A DNA stretch of 64,000 bases, taken from assembly GCA_048128005.1 (NCBI GenBank), contig JBEUKZ010000015.1:1-64000 (forward strand), read 5' to 3'. Made by a program: the position numbers and the translations under genes. The notes beneath the pieces were generated by a model, which had not been told where the DNA came from, did not search any database, and saw only the letters and a list, made by a program, of their open reading frames with translations. The stretch comes from Veleropilina oligotropha. Taxonomy: Eukaryota. Below, piece by piece: positions 22,548 through 30,845 of this stretch (within the stretch, counting starts at the first letter, position 1; the number at the start of each line of letters is the position of its first letter).

Positions 22548-23345
22548 ATGCTAAGTAGCTGCCCAGCAAGCTCTCGCATGTCGGACGCTGTATATCTAGC
22601 TTTTGCTTTCAGCCAGAGCCTGATCTTGCTCCTACTCGCTACATTGTGGTATTGGATTTACAGTTATATTAGACCGGTGAGGCGATGCTGGAAACGCTTC
22701 AGGATGGACAGCCTCATCGATCAACTCATGGATGACGAACAAGAAACGACCATCAACAGCTGTCGCTTGACTCCCGATGGCAAGGAACCTGTCAGTAACA
22801 GTGGAGTCGCAAGTTCCGTTTGCGCGGCAAAGCGTGAGAGGCTTGCAGCCTTAGCCGTTGGAGGACAGGCCCACCGATACATGGGGCGTAACCTCACAGT
22901 GGACCGGATAGACGACATGACTGACGACGAGGTCGAAAAGCACCACGCGAGGTATGAAGCGAAACTCGGTGCCGATGTGACGAAGACTCTGGGGACTTCA
23001 GCTATTCATCTCTACGCGGGGGCAGCTGGGATGTTCCTGCCCATTCCACCAGCAAACCAGCTACGACTGATCGCCGACCTGGAGGCCGACCCGTTCATCT
23101 CACATGCCCTGACCACTGCAAGCTGTGAGCTGTATTATAAATATGGCATGTACCTCGCACCGCTGACCGCAGCGTTGACCACGGCTAAGCACTGCCAATT
23201 TGGACATGTTTGCCCGCCTAAGATACCAGAGCGAGGTCGAGATCAAGATGACAACGCTGGAAGTGGACCAAGTGATCGAGAGCCAGCCGATCGAGAGCCA
23301 GCCGATAGAGAGGGTGACTTCTTCGACGGACTCATCAGTGAGTAA
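22548..23345 (+). CDS. Hypothetical viral protein (helical; start may be 22578 or 22703)
   Basis: Intact 265-aa ORF in the morphogenesis cluster; N-terminal hydrophobic segment. Confidence 0.65.
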   Translation: MLSSCPASSRMSDAVYLAFAFSQSLILLLLATLWYWIYSYIRPVRRCWKRFRMDSLIDQLMDDEQETTINSCRLTPDGKEPVSNSGVASSVCAAKRERLAALAVGGQAHRYMGRNLTVDRIDDMTDDEVEKHHARYEAKLGADVTKTLGTSAIHLYAGAAGMFLPIPPANQLRLIADLEADPFISHALTTASCELYYKYGMYLAPLTAALTTAKHCQFGHVCPPKIPERGRDQDDNAGSGPSDREPADREPADREGDFFDGLISE

Positions 23346-23739
23346 AAAGGACCCGAAAAAAGTGGCTGCAGGTCGGGCCGGCGCTGCTGCTCGAAAAGCC
23401 AAGCAGGAGAAGCTACTGGCCGCGGTTCGAAAAATGAAAGAAGACCTGAGTGCCCCAACAAGTGTTGTCGTTCCATCAGAACAGCCCGGGGAGGCGGTTC
23501 CAGCGGTAGAAAGACCGCATGCGCCAGATACACGGAAATCGGACCTATTTAATTGGACCCAGGTAGCCGTCGCTGCCGGTACGGTTGCGTTGGTATTTGT
23601 TGTCTGGAAGACGTCCTCAGAACGCAGCAACCCTGGTCCATCCACACCACATCAACAGCCACCAGACGCGGACGCTCGGTGCTCTCGGGCCGCCCCCACT
23701 ATCGAATTGAAGAAGCAGAACCCTTTTCATATGCAATAG
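23248..23739 (+). CDS. Basic protein with KDPKKVAAGRAGA motif and a transmembrane segment, 163 aa (possible core/membrane protein)
   Basis: K/R/A-rich helix; WTQVAVAAGTVALVFVVW; overlaps the previous ORF. Confidence 0.65.
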   Translation: MTTLEVDQVIESQPIESQPIERVTSSTDSSVSKKDPKKVAAGRAGAAARKAKQEKLLAAVRKMKEDLSAPTSVVVPSEQPGEAVPAVERPHAPDTRKSDLFNWTQVAVAAGTVALVFVVWKTSSERSNPGPSTPHQQPPDADARCSRAAPTIELKKQNPFHMQ

Positions 23740-23764
23740 TCGCAAACGGTACTAATCAACAGTT

Positions 23765-24004
23765 ATGACTACCCCAATCACTGATGGAAAGATGCTCGGC
23801 AACGCTGTATACCACGCCGCTATAGTGTCAGGCCTCGCCATAGGCTACGCACGCCTGACAAAGATGGTATTCAAGGGGGCGAGCCCCAAACTTGACTTCA
23901 CGGGGTACGATGTCGGGATGGTCGTCCTCGACGTAGCGCTCGCCATGGCGACGAAGGACATGCTGATCAAGCAAGGCATCATTCCGGCCGACGTTTTGAA
24001 GTAG
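23765..24004 (+). CDS. Small hydrophobic protein, 79 aa
   Basis: Two hydrophobic helices; fills the gap between neighbouring genes. Confidence 0.7.
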   Translation: MTTPITDGKMLGNAVYHAAIVSGLAIGYARLTKMVFKGASPKLDFTGYDVGMVVLDVALAMATKDMLIKQGIIPADVLK

Positions 24005-24035
24005 TGTGACCTTGCTAGATAATCGCAGCATTTCA

Positions 24036-24467
24036 ATGGCTTCCATTGCGATGCTGGTTGGGGGCGCTCTCGTCAACGCCCTCGCCTTCAGCGGCTCCAA
24101 CTTCCTCTTCTCGAAGCTACACAGCTCCGGTGTCGATGCGGAGCGTAAACGCCACGACATTGCTGTAGAACAGCTCAACGCTGCTCAGACTAAATGGTCA
24201 CAACAGAGGGCAGAGCGTCTCGACTGGCTGAACGTTGAACTTCGCTGCCAGGGTCATGCCGTTGGCACATTCCGGGATGTTGACGCCGCGATCCGTGAGT
24301 ATGCATTGATCACCGGCAAGAACCTTGACCCCACCGCTGTGGGAGGTGGCCCTGAGCCCCAGCTGTCTGACTACTACACACCGAGCGATGCCCAGAAGGG
24401 ACGTGAGATCACCTTCATCATCCTGGGGATGGCTGCGACCGGGTTGGTAGCCTACAAGCTCGCCTAA
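24036..24467 (+). CDS. Small membrane protein, 143 aa from ATG 24036
   Basis: Hydrophobic N-terminus MASIAMLVGGALVNALAF, coiled-coil middle, C-terminal TM ITFIILGMAATGLVAY. Confidence 0.75.
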   Translation: MASIAMLVGGALVNALAFSGSNFLFSKLHSSGVDAERKRHDIAVEQLNAAQTKWSQQRAERLDWLNVELRCQGHAVGTFRDVDAAIREYALITGKNLDPTAVGGGPEPQLSDYYTPSDAQKGREITFIILGMAATGLVAYKLA

Positions 24468-24507
24468 TTATTTCCAGTGGACATTTTTTTCGTGGGCATG
24501 TATAGTA

Positions 24508-24729
24508 ATGGGGCTCCCAGAAGAGCTGTACTGCGCTATGCTTGCGGTCGGCTATAGTACTACGTTACTCGACTGCTGGCGCCGCGACGAAAAGACTATG
24601 GTGCGGTTCGCGGTCCTGGTGCTCTCGGGCCCGACCAACCTACGGGTGACCACTGCGCAGCGACCGGCTCCGGAAGCTGAAGCCTGTTGGAGACTGATCA
24701 GTTTACTGGAATACATTGCTGATGGATAG
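24508..24729 (+). CDS. Hypothetical protein, 73 aa
   Basis: Fills the gap before the integrase and overlaps its start. Confidence 0.4.
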   Translation: MGLPEELYCAMLAVGYSTTLLDCWRRDEKTMVRFAVLVLSGPTNLRVTTAQRPAPEAEACWRLISLLEYIADG

Positions 24730-25720
24730 TAAGCTTGCGAGGATGTACTACAGCCCTAAGGGCTACTGGAAAGGCATTGCCGCGATAAAGAAACTAGCGG
24801 AGGCTGCCAAGGCGTCTGAAATGGAGGCCCGGACATGGCTTAAGAGGCAGGCTATATGGCAGATCTATTTACCTGCGCCACGGCGGATTCCAAGACCAAA
24901 ATTCGACGTCGTAACGCCAAACGAGGTTCACCAAGCCGACCTCCTGTTTCTCCCCCATGACAAGGTCGGCCGTAAAACCTATAAGTACGCTTTGACTGTG
25001 GTTGATGTGGCCAGTCGCTTTAAAGAAGCTGAGCCTCTGGCCACAAAAGAGGCCAAAGGGGTTGCTGAAGCTCTGTCTCGAATCTACAGGCGGAGTCCTC
25101 TTAGCTGGCCGAAATTGCTTCAGGTTGATCCAGGGCGAGAGTTCATGGGGACGGTCTCCCAGCTGCTGGCAAATAATAATGTCGAGGTTAGGTGTGGCCG
25201 TGTGGATCTCCATCGCGATCAAGGGATCGTGGAGCGCTTCAACCGGACGCTCGCTGAGCGGCTCTTCGGGCACCAGTATGCAACAGAGATGAGTTTTACA
25301 GGGTCTGCGAAAGAGGGTCAAAGGTCAACTGAGTGGGTCGCCAGGCTGCCCGCCGTTGTTGCGGCGTTGAATGGGGAAGTGACCAGGCTGACCGGTAAAA
25401 AGCCCAAGGACGCCATCAAGGCACCTCGCGTTGCACAAAATCCTTCTTCCACTGTTCCAGGCCGACAGGGGAAGGAACAGAAACTCCCCTCTGACGTAGA
25501 TGTTCGATACCTATACCAACCCGGTGAGTTGGAGGGTGGTCGCCGGCGAGCGACTGACCCGGTGTGGTCTCTAAAAGTGCACAGGCTTGGACGCTCTGTC
25601 ACTAAACCTGACGAGCCTGTGCTCTACTACTTGCTTGATGGACCACCGCGTGGGTTCGTTCGTGAGGAACTTCTCGTGGTGCCTCGTGACACCCAACTGC
25701 CGCCGGTTCTCAGGCGTTAA
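24722..25720 (+). CDS. Retroviral-type (rve, DDE) integrase of Polinton type, 332 aa
   Basis: HQADL (D), LTVVDVASRF, QVDPGREF (D), GIVERFNRTL (E); N-terminal YYSP.G motif as in Maverick integrases. Confidence 0.92.
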   Translation: MDSKLARMYYSPKGYWKGIAAIKKLAEAAKASEMEARTWLKRQAIWQIYLPAPRRIPRPKFDVVTPNEVHQADLLFLPHDKVGRKTYKYALTVVDVASRFKEAEPLATKEAKGVAEALSRIYRRSPLSWPKLLQVDPGREFMGTVSQLLANNNVEVRCGRVDLHRDQGIVERFNRTLAERLFGHQYATEMSFTGSAKEGQRSTEWVARLPAVVAALNGEVTRLTGKKPKDAIKAPRVAQNPSSTVPGRQGKEQKLPSDVDVRYLYQPGELEGGRRRATDPVWSLKVHRLGRSVTKPDEPVLYYLLDGPPRGFVREELLVVPRDTQLPPVLRR

Positions 25721-28700
25721 CAACCGCAAATCCTCTTTTTCGGTTACATTCAAGGCACGTTAAGCGCACGTTGTCGCGGATGTGGCCCCTGCGGTTGTCC
25801 ACACGGTCGACACTGAACTGCTGTGTGTCTTTGGGCTGGTAGGCCCAGAGCAGCTCTATGTTACATGCTGCGCATCGGTTGTTTTGGGCCTCTCTGAGCC
25901 GCAGGATGTCGTCGACCTTGAGGTTAAACCCCGGGAGTCCCTTTGCCTGGTCCTGGCGCATGTATGCCACGAGCTTCCTCTGGATGGTTTTTCGGAGCTG
26001 CTGCTTGCTCTGCTGCGCTTGGGGCGGCCTGTCCTCAGAACCCTCATCTGGAGGACAGGTTACCCGCTCGAGCTGATGCAGATACTCCACCCGGGACACG
26101 GCTAGGTAGGCGAGATTACTCCACTGAAGGTAGTCGTCGATGATCCAGACTTTCTGTGGGTCGTGAATGGTAAGACCCTGGCTCGAATGGATGGTGAGAG
26201 CATAGCCCAGGCGCCAATCCGGGGTCAGGATAGCCTGCTCAGCGGCCTCAATCGTGACCTCAACGACGTCGTTGAGAACTAGCTCCTCTCTTTCATCGGT
26301 GCCCGGAATGGTTACCATGATATTTTGCTTACGGGTGTCCCTGGGGTGATAAAGGATAGGTACCGGGGAGTCTGGGAAGTGCTCCTTGTGCCTCTGGAGC
26401 AACAGCTGTTGAGCCCGTTCGCGGACCTTCTGACGGCTGGTGAGGATTAGGTCGCCTGGCCTCCAGGTGTTGACAAACCGATCCCATCCAAGGCAGCTGG
26501 GGAGACTCTTACGCATTTCCCCGCACTGGATTTTGTCGGGCTGGAGACGTATACGTCTTTTCAGGGCTTGGAGGGCAGGGTCGTCTTTCGCCCTGTAGTC
26601 TACTTCGATCTCCTCATAGTAGTCCGCGGTCTGTCGCAGCCAATCGTGCGGCATCTCGCCCGTAATCGGTGGTGGCTGGCCCTGATCGCCACAGCAGATA
26701 ACCTGAACTTCGTGGTGGCCCAGCCAGTCCAAGAACATCTCGAGGATAGGCCGGGGAACAGTACAGACCTCGTCCCAGATAATGACGCGGGGGATGAACT
26801 TCTGACCCATGCGGTCGGGTGTCCAGTCAGTCTGGCCGCTCCATCGGAAGAAACTGTGGTAGGTCTGGGCTTTGACGCCTCTGGTTCGCATCTCTTTAGC
26901 GAGGCGGTGGGTTGGCGTGAATACAATGGGATTCCTTGCCCGGAAGAGCTCGATCGCTCTCGTAGTCTTGCCACAGCCCCCTCCACCATTGAGGTAACTC
27001 AGGCGATGGTGGGTCAGCGTGTCATTGTAGCAAGGCGCGGTGCTTGGCTGGCTGGAATTGGCGGCACAACAATACTCTGGCTTGGGCAGGTATGCGGCAT
27101 GTTCCTGTGGCAGGTAAAGCTGTTCCCCCTTGTCACGCCACTGGGCCGGTGCTACTGGCGGAAGGTACGTCTCCCCGATCAGACAGGAGATGCACGATTT
27201 ATCGCCACAGTCGCAGAGCTGTGGGGCAACGTACACCGTGACATCGTCGAGCTTCTCCAACGAGGCCTTCTTGAGGTAGATGCTGTCAGTGGCCACTCGG
27301 ACAGCTTCCTCAGGGGTGAAACGCTGAAGCATGCTCAAGAGGCTTATGTGGGCATAGGCCAGCATCGATGCCCTCAGGTGGGCGTACTGAGGCTGGGAGC
27401 CATCATAGTACGTGAGGATGTGACCCATAGGGCATCTCTGAGGTGCGCCGACCAGGGTACCGCTTTGGCGGGTGTCTCTTACGAGGAAGTCAAGCTCTCC
27501 CTGGTCAATCACCAGTCTACGGGTCAATCTTTTGCCGTCAGCCTTGGCGCCTTGGGTGAATTTGCCGATAATACGGCATCCCTGGTCACGATTCTCAGGA
27601 AGCCAGACATCGGTTTGCTTTCTGAACGCGATGATGGCTTCTCGGATCTTGAGGCTTTTTAGCAGTCCAGATTCTGTGAGGAAGGCGAGCAGAGGCGTCG
27701 GGGCCCATCCATTCTCTGCAAAGTGCTTTCCGAACCAGGCGGGAATGACGGGGTGGATGTCTTGTGCGAACTCCCATTCCACGACCTCGGCAAACCCTGT
27801 ACCGATTTCTCGGGGTAGAGGACCGTTAATTGCGACCCGGGTCATGCTGTGGGTTGGGTGCCCGAATCTTTCGAAGTACGGCTTAGCCTCGCCCTTCCCC
27901 AGAAAGCTGGCAGGGTAGCAGGCTTTCATGTCGATGCAGCAGACATCGCCCGTATCGTAGTTCATGGAATTCCACAGGCCGCCATGGCCATGCTCTACGC
28001 AGGCCTTCTGGATATCATCGAGCAGGCCCGCTGGGGTAGGTCTCCAGCCGTTGTTCTCTTTGGCCATAATGCTAGCTGCATGGTTCTCACCAAAGGCTCG
28101 ATCGGCGAGAGACTCATTCCCCAGAGCCTTACAGGCTTCTTGGAGTCTCTCGTGAGCCTCTTTTGTCCGGTAAGTGCGGCCGTCCTGAAGCACGAACTGG
28201 TTCACGTTGAGCTGTCGGTCTGTACCGCCAAGGAGCCAGACAGCCAATGGCTCGTTACGTGTGGCTTGTCGGATAGCTTCCCAGACATCGCCCTCGTAGA
28301 TGTTGACCTCGCGAGACTGCGGGAAGTGTAGGTCCTTGGACCAGGCGTGGCCGTTGTGACAGATGAGTTCTACTTGTCTGAATGTATGGTTTCCTTGACC
28401 GCGGTATTTACCACTGTTGTAGATGTCGGCACCTGCGATGTCTCGCACGATGATCGCCCGTTTCAGTATCTTCTCGAGGATGGATATATCATCCACAGTG
28501 GCGCCTGTTACATGAACTCGCGCCTCCCACTCCTGTATTTTCTGCCGCCTTATCGGGGTGAGTCCGTTTCCTCTCAGGGCACCTTCGAAGTGCTCAACCA
28601 CTCTCTGGGCAACGCAGTTGAGATCGCCGTTCTTCATTGGAACCAGGTTGGCTGGGTTTGGTTCTCTGAGAGGATAGACGCCGTAGACGACTGCAGTAAC

Positions 28701-29381
28701 CGGGTAGGCGTTCTCGTAGTAGGCTTTGTCGACCCCAGTGATAGCACCTGGCTTAGTGTCCTGAGAGATCTCAACGACACCCTGGCCCTTCTTCCTCGCA
28801 GCCTTCACCGGGTCAAACTTGTCTTCGACCACCCAGTCGCCTTCACCCCACTCCCGCAAGAACTTTATCCTCAGGAGAAACTCACCCTTGGGAAGGGCTG
28901 TGAGGAGCTGTGCCGCCCTTGCATCTGTCATACGGGCATCCAGGGCCAGCCGTCCAGCCACTTCTATCCTCCATGTGGAGAAGGCCGCCGCGGCGCCATC
29001 GACCTCAAACTCGTCTTTGGCGTCGCTCAAGAGTTCCACCCACGGCTCTTTTGCTGGGAGCCTTACAGGGGGAGGGACCTGGTCATCCAGGTCGATGAAT
29101 CGTTGCCCCTCTGTTGTGGTAAACAGCCCTAGTAGATCATTCTGGTAGTCCTGGGCTGTCCGGGGCTTTTTGGAGAGGGGGATTGGGTCAAATTCCTCAA
29201 CAATGGCTTTCCGCTTTCTCTCCGTTTGGGGATCCTTGGATGGGACCAGAGGCTTCAACAAGCGCTCCTTCACGTCTTCCGGGATTGGTTCGTCTAGAAT
29301 ATTCTGAACCACGTCCCGGAGAGTTTCAGATGCCTGCATGTCTGCGAGCAGTTGGTCTATATAGTCATCCATAGTCGACAT
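25710..29381 (-). CDS. 1223-aa multidomain replicase: vOTU-like protease + PolB-like polymerase core + Cys cluster + SF1 (RecD/Pif1-like) helicase + C-terminal HNH/EndoVII-like nuclease
   Basis: GDLNC(256)...HNGH(345); IDMKACYP (PolB motif A, D484); IIGKF (motif B-like); ASMLAYAH...RVATDS (motif C, D699); GGGGCGKT (K805), WDEV, GDQGQPPP, TIHSSQGLT, YLAVSR; CAAC...SVDRVDNRRGH...NVRLTCLECN. Confidence 0.85.
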   Translation of the reverse strand: MSTMDDYIDQLLADMQASETLRDVVQNILDEPIPEDVKERLLKPLVPSKDPQTERKRKAIVEEFDPIPLSKKPRTAQDYQNDLLGLFTTTEGQRFIDLDDQVPPPVRLPAKEPWVELLSDAKDEFEVDGAAAAFSTWRIEVAGRLALDARMTDARAAQLLTALPKGEFLLRIKFLREWGEGDWVVEDKFDPVKAARKKGQGVVEISQDTKPGAITGVDKAYYENAYPVTAVVYGVYPLREPNPANLVPMKNGDLNCVAQRVVEHFEGALRGNGLTPIRRQKIQEWEARVHVTGATVDDISILEKILKRAIIVRDIAGADIYNSGKYRGQGNHTFRQVELICHNGHAWSKDLHFPQSREVNIYEGDVWEAIRQATRNEPLAVWLLGGTDRQLNVNQFVLQDGRTYRTKEAHERLQEACKALGNESLADRAFGENHAASIMAKENNGWRPTPAGLLDDIQKACVEHGHGGLWNSMNYDTGDVCCIDMKACYPASFLGKGEAKPYFERFGHPTHSMTRVAINGPLPREIGTGFAEVVEWEFAQDIHPVIPAWFGKHFAENGWAPTPLLAFLTESGLLKSLKIREAIIAFRKQTDVWLPENRDQGCRIIGKFTQGAKADGKRLTRRLVIDQGELDFLVRDTRQSGTLVGAPQRCPMGHILTYYDGSQPQYAHLRASMLAYAHISLLSMLQRFTPEEAVRVATDSIYLKKASLEKLDDVTVYVAPQLCDCGDKSCISCLIGETYLPPVAPAQWRDKGEQLYLPQEHAAYLPKPEYCCAANSSQPSTAPCYNDTLTHHRLSYLNGGGGCGKTTRAIELFRARNPIVFTPTHRLAKEMRTRGVKAQTYHSFFRWSGQTDWTPDRMGQKFIPRVIIWDEVCTVPRPILEMFLDWLGHHEVQVICCGDQGQPPPITGEMPHDWLRQTADYYEEIEVDYRAKDDPALQALKRRIRLQPDKIQCGEMRKSLPSCLGWDRFVNTWRPGDLILTSRQKVRERAQQLLLQRHKEHFPDSPVPILYHPRDTRKQNIMVTIPGTDEREELVLNDVVEVTIEAAEQAILTPDWRLGYALTIHSSQGLTIHDPQKVWIIDDYLQWSNLAYLAVSRVEYLHQLERVTCPPDEGSEDRPPQAQQSKQQLRKTIQRKLVAYMRQDQAKGLPGFNLKVDDILRLREAQNNRCAACNIELLWAYQPKDTQQFSVDRVDNRRGHIRDNVRLTCLECNRKRGFAVVNA

Positions 29382-29429
29382 GTTGCCGGGCGGGCATACA
29401 CTAAGATCTTTACTTCTCTAATAGGAAAT

Positions 29430-29768
29430 TTACGGGTGGTAAATTGCAGCCAAGCGGAGAAACTCTCTCCGGAAGGCACTTTTCTTTCGTTGCCAGTCCA
29501 TAGAGTTCTCACTCTTATACCCACAGCCCTTACACAACGTAAACCGGTTGAAGACGCCTTTGCCGCATTTGATGCAGGGCTTTGTGACCCAGCCATTTCG
29601 CCGTAGCCGAGCCAAATGCACTTTGCAATACTCTCTCAGACAACTCTTACCACATAGTTCTGTGGAGCTTATAGTAAGCCAGTGACAGGTGTCTGTGCCC
29701 TTCATCGTATCCTTTGCAGTGGGTATATCCTGTGATGTGGGTATATCTAATAGGACACTTATCGCCAT
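29430..29768 (-). CDS. Small Cys/His-rich zinc-finger protein, 112 aa
   Basis: C-x10-C...YCxxH and CxxC...CxxC clusters, basic C-terminus. Confidence 0.7.
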   Translation of the reverse strand: MAISVLLDIPTSQDIPTAKDTMKGTDTCHWLTISSTELCGKSCLREYCKVHLARLRRNGWVTKPCIKCGKGVFNRFTLCKGCGYKSENSMDWQRKKSAFRREFLRLAAIYHP

Positions 29769-29817
29769 GCAACTGCACGCTACCAGCGGGAACTACATAC
29801 TTACATAACAGCTGCTC

Positions 29818-29827
29818 GGGGATTCCC
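29818..29827 (-). promoter_or_regulatory. Candidate NF-kappaB site (GGGAATCCCC on minus strand) ~50 bp upstream of the zinc-finger/replicase genes
   Basis: Fits the kappaB consensus; conserved in the inverted block 29805-29857 vs 15703-15761. Confidence 0.4.
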
Positions 29828-30512
29828 TGTCCTCAAACACATTTCCGGCTTTCCTAGCATATATTAATAGCCCGTTCAGCTGTCTACTGTGGCCTCATTC
29901 ATGCTGCTGCTCTTATCGCCAAACGCGTCTATTATTAGCGCTGCTGACCCAGATTTCATATTAGAGGAATGAGATCCTAGTATATACCTGCCCAGCACAT
30001 GGCGACTTCATTGAGTACCTGCTAAATCGTATACAGCCAGCAATACAGCCTAACTTGAAAGGTTGTTAATTATTATGGTCGCCTCTGACAGATTGAACCA
30101 GGCTACGGCTGAAATACAAGGTGCTTCTGATCAGGATTAAAAGGCAACTGATTGCACCCCAGGCTACGGCTGAAATTCAAGGGGGCTTCACAATAAGGCA
30201 ACACTTGATGGAAGGACATGAAGACGGGCAGTGTCCTGAATTCACGGTTCTTCTTGTTGCTAGCAGTAGTGATCATAAATGTGGTATTACGATTTAGCAG
30301 GTACTCTAAGGGAGATACGCACCCATCTTGATATATGTCGGGTATACACTAGGATAGCCATTGCTCTAATAGGAAAAAAGATGAGCCCGGGCAGACCCAG
30401 ACGCAAAATTAATCAATAACATTGACAGCGACTAACGCAAATATCCATTGATACACGCCGCCGCGCCACACACAGTTAGTGCCCTGCTGTGGGTATAGCT
30501 AATAGAACTCAC

Positions 30513-30845
30513 TGGTGCTGGGAGCCTTATTGCCCATTCTAAAAAAGTCCATTCAACCCCCGGCTGACTATTCTAAGCTACCCTAGGTTCGGACTGCGCT
30601 GTACACACGGGGACTTTTGTAATACACTAACACACAGGAGCCCGGGCCGGCGAGGGTAGTGGGCCGTCCCTGAGGGCTCTATATAGTTTAAGTTGGGTCG
30701 GAACGGGTGCTGGGAGCCTCCACGGTCGCCCCGGGGCCCTAGTCTAAACTCCCCTGCTGACTAGTCCGAGCTACCCTGAGTTCTGAAATGGTGCTGGGAG
30801 CCTTATTTTCCCATTCTAAAAAGTCTACTGACCCCCCCTGCTGCT
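30513..30845 (-). repeat. Right terminal inverted repeat with three GGTGCTGGGAGCC modules
   Basis: Modules at ~30514, ~30706, ~30790; terminal ~55 bp invert-match the left end. Confidence 0.9.

Larger units (their letters stand above)
15457..30845. mobile_element. Complete endogenous Polinton/Maverick-like virus (15,389 bp)
   Basis: TIRs AGCAGCAGGGGGGGTCAGTAGACTTTTTAGAATGGGAAAATA / reverse complement ending 30845; CGTGT TSD at 15452-15456 and 30846-30850; sharp GC increase; capsid, ATPase, integrase and PolB-like genes, no introns. Confidence 0.93.

Noticed and set aside
24722..25720. LTR retrotransposon or Ginger origin of the integrase
   Set aside because: No LTRs, gag, RT or RNase H; embedded in a capsid-encoding TIR element
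25710..27010. Helitron RepHel call for the Pif1/RecD-like helicase
   Set aside because: No HUH Rep motifs; PolB-like motifs upstream; element has TIRs and a TSD
26568..27662. 364-aa plus-strand ORF and other long antisense/alternate-frame ORFs in the virus (e.g. 28347..29132, 20424..20930)
   Set aside because: Shadow ORFs opposite motif-bearing genes in GC-rich DNA; no recognisable motifs
15457..30845. Bacterial prophage or assembly contamination as the source of the GC-rich island
   Set aside because: Precise TIRs and TSD within a host repeat that can be rejoined; rve integrase and A32-type ATPase are eukaryotic Polinton-type
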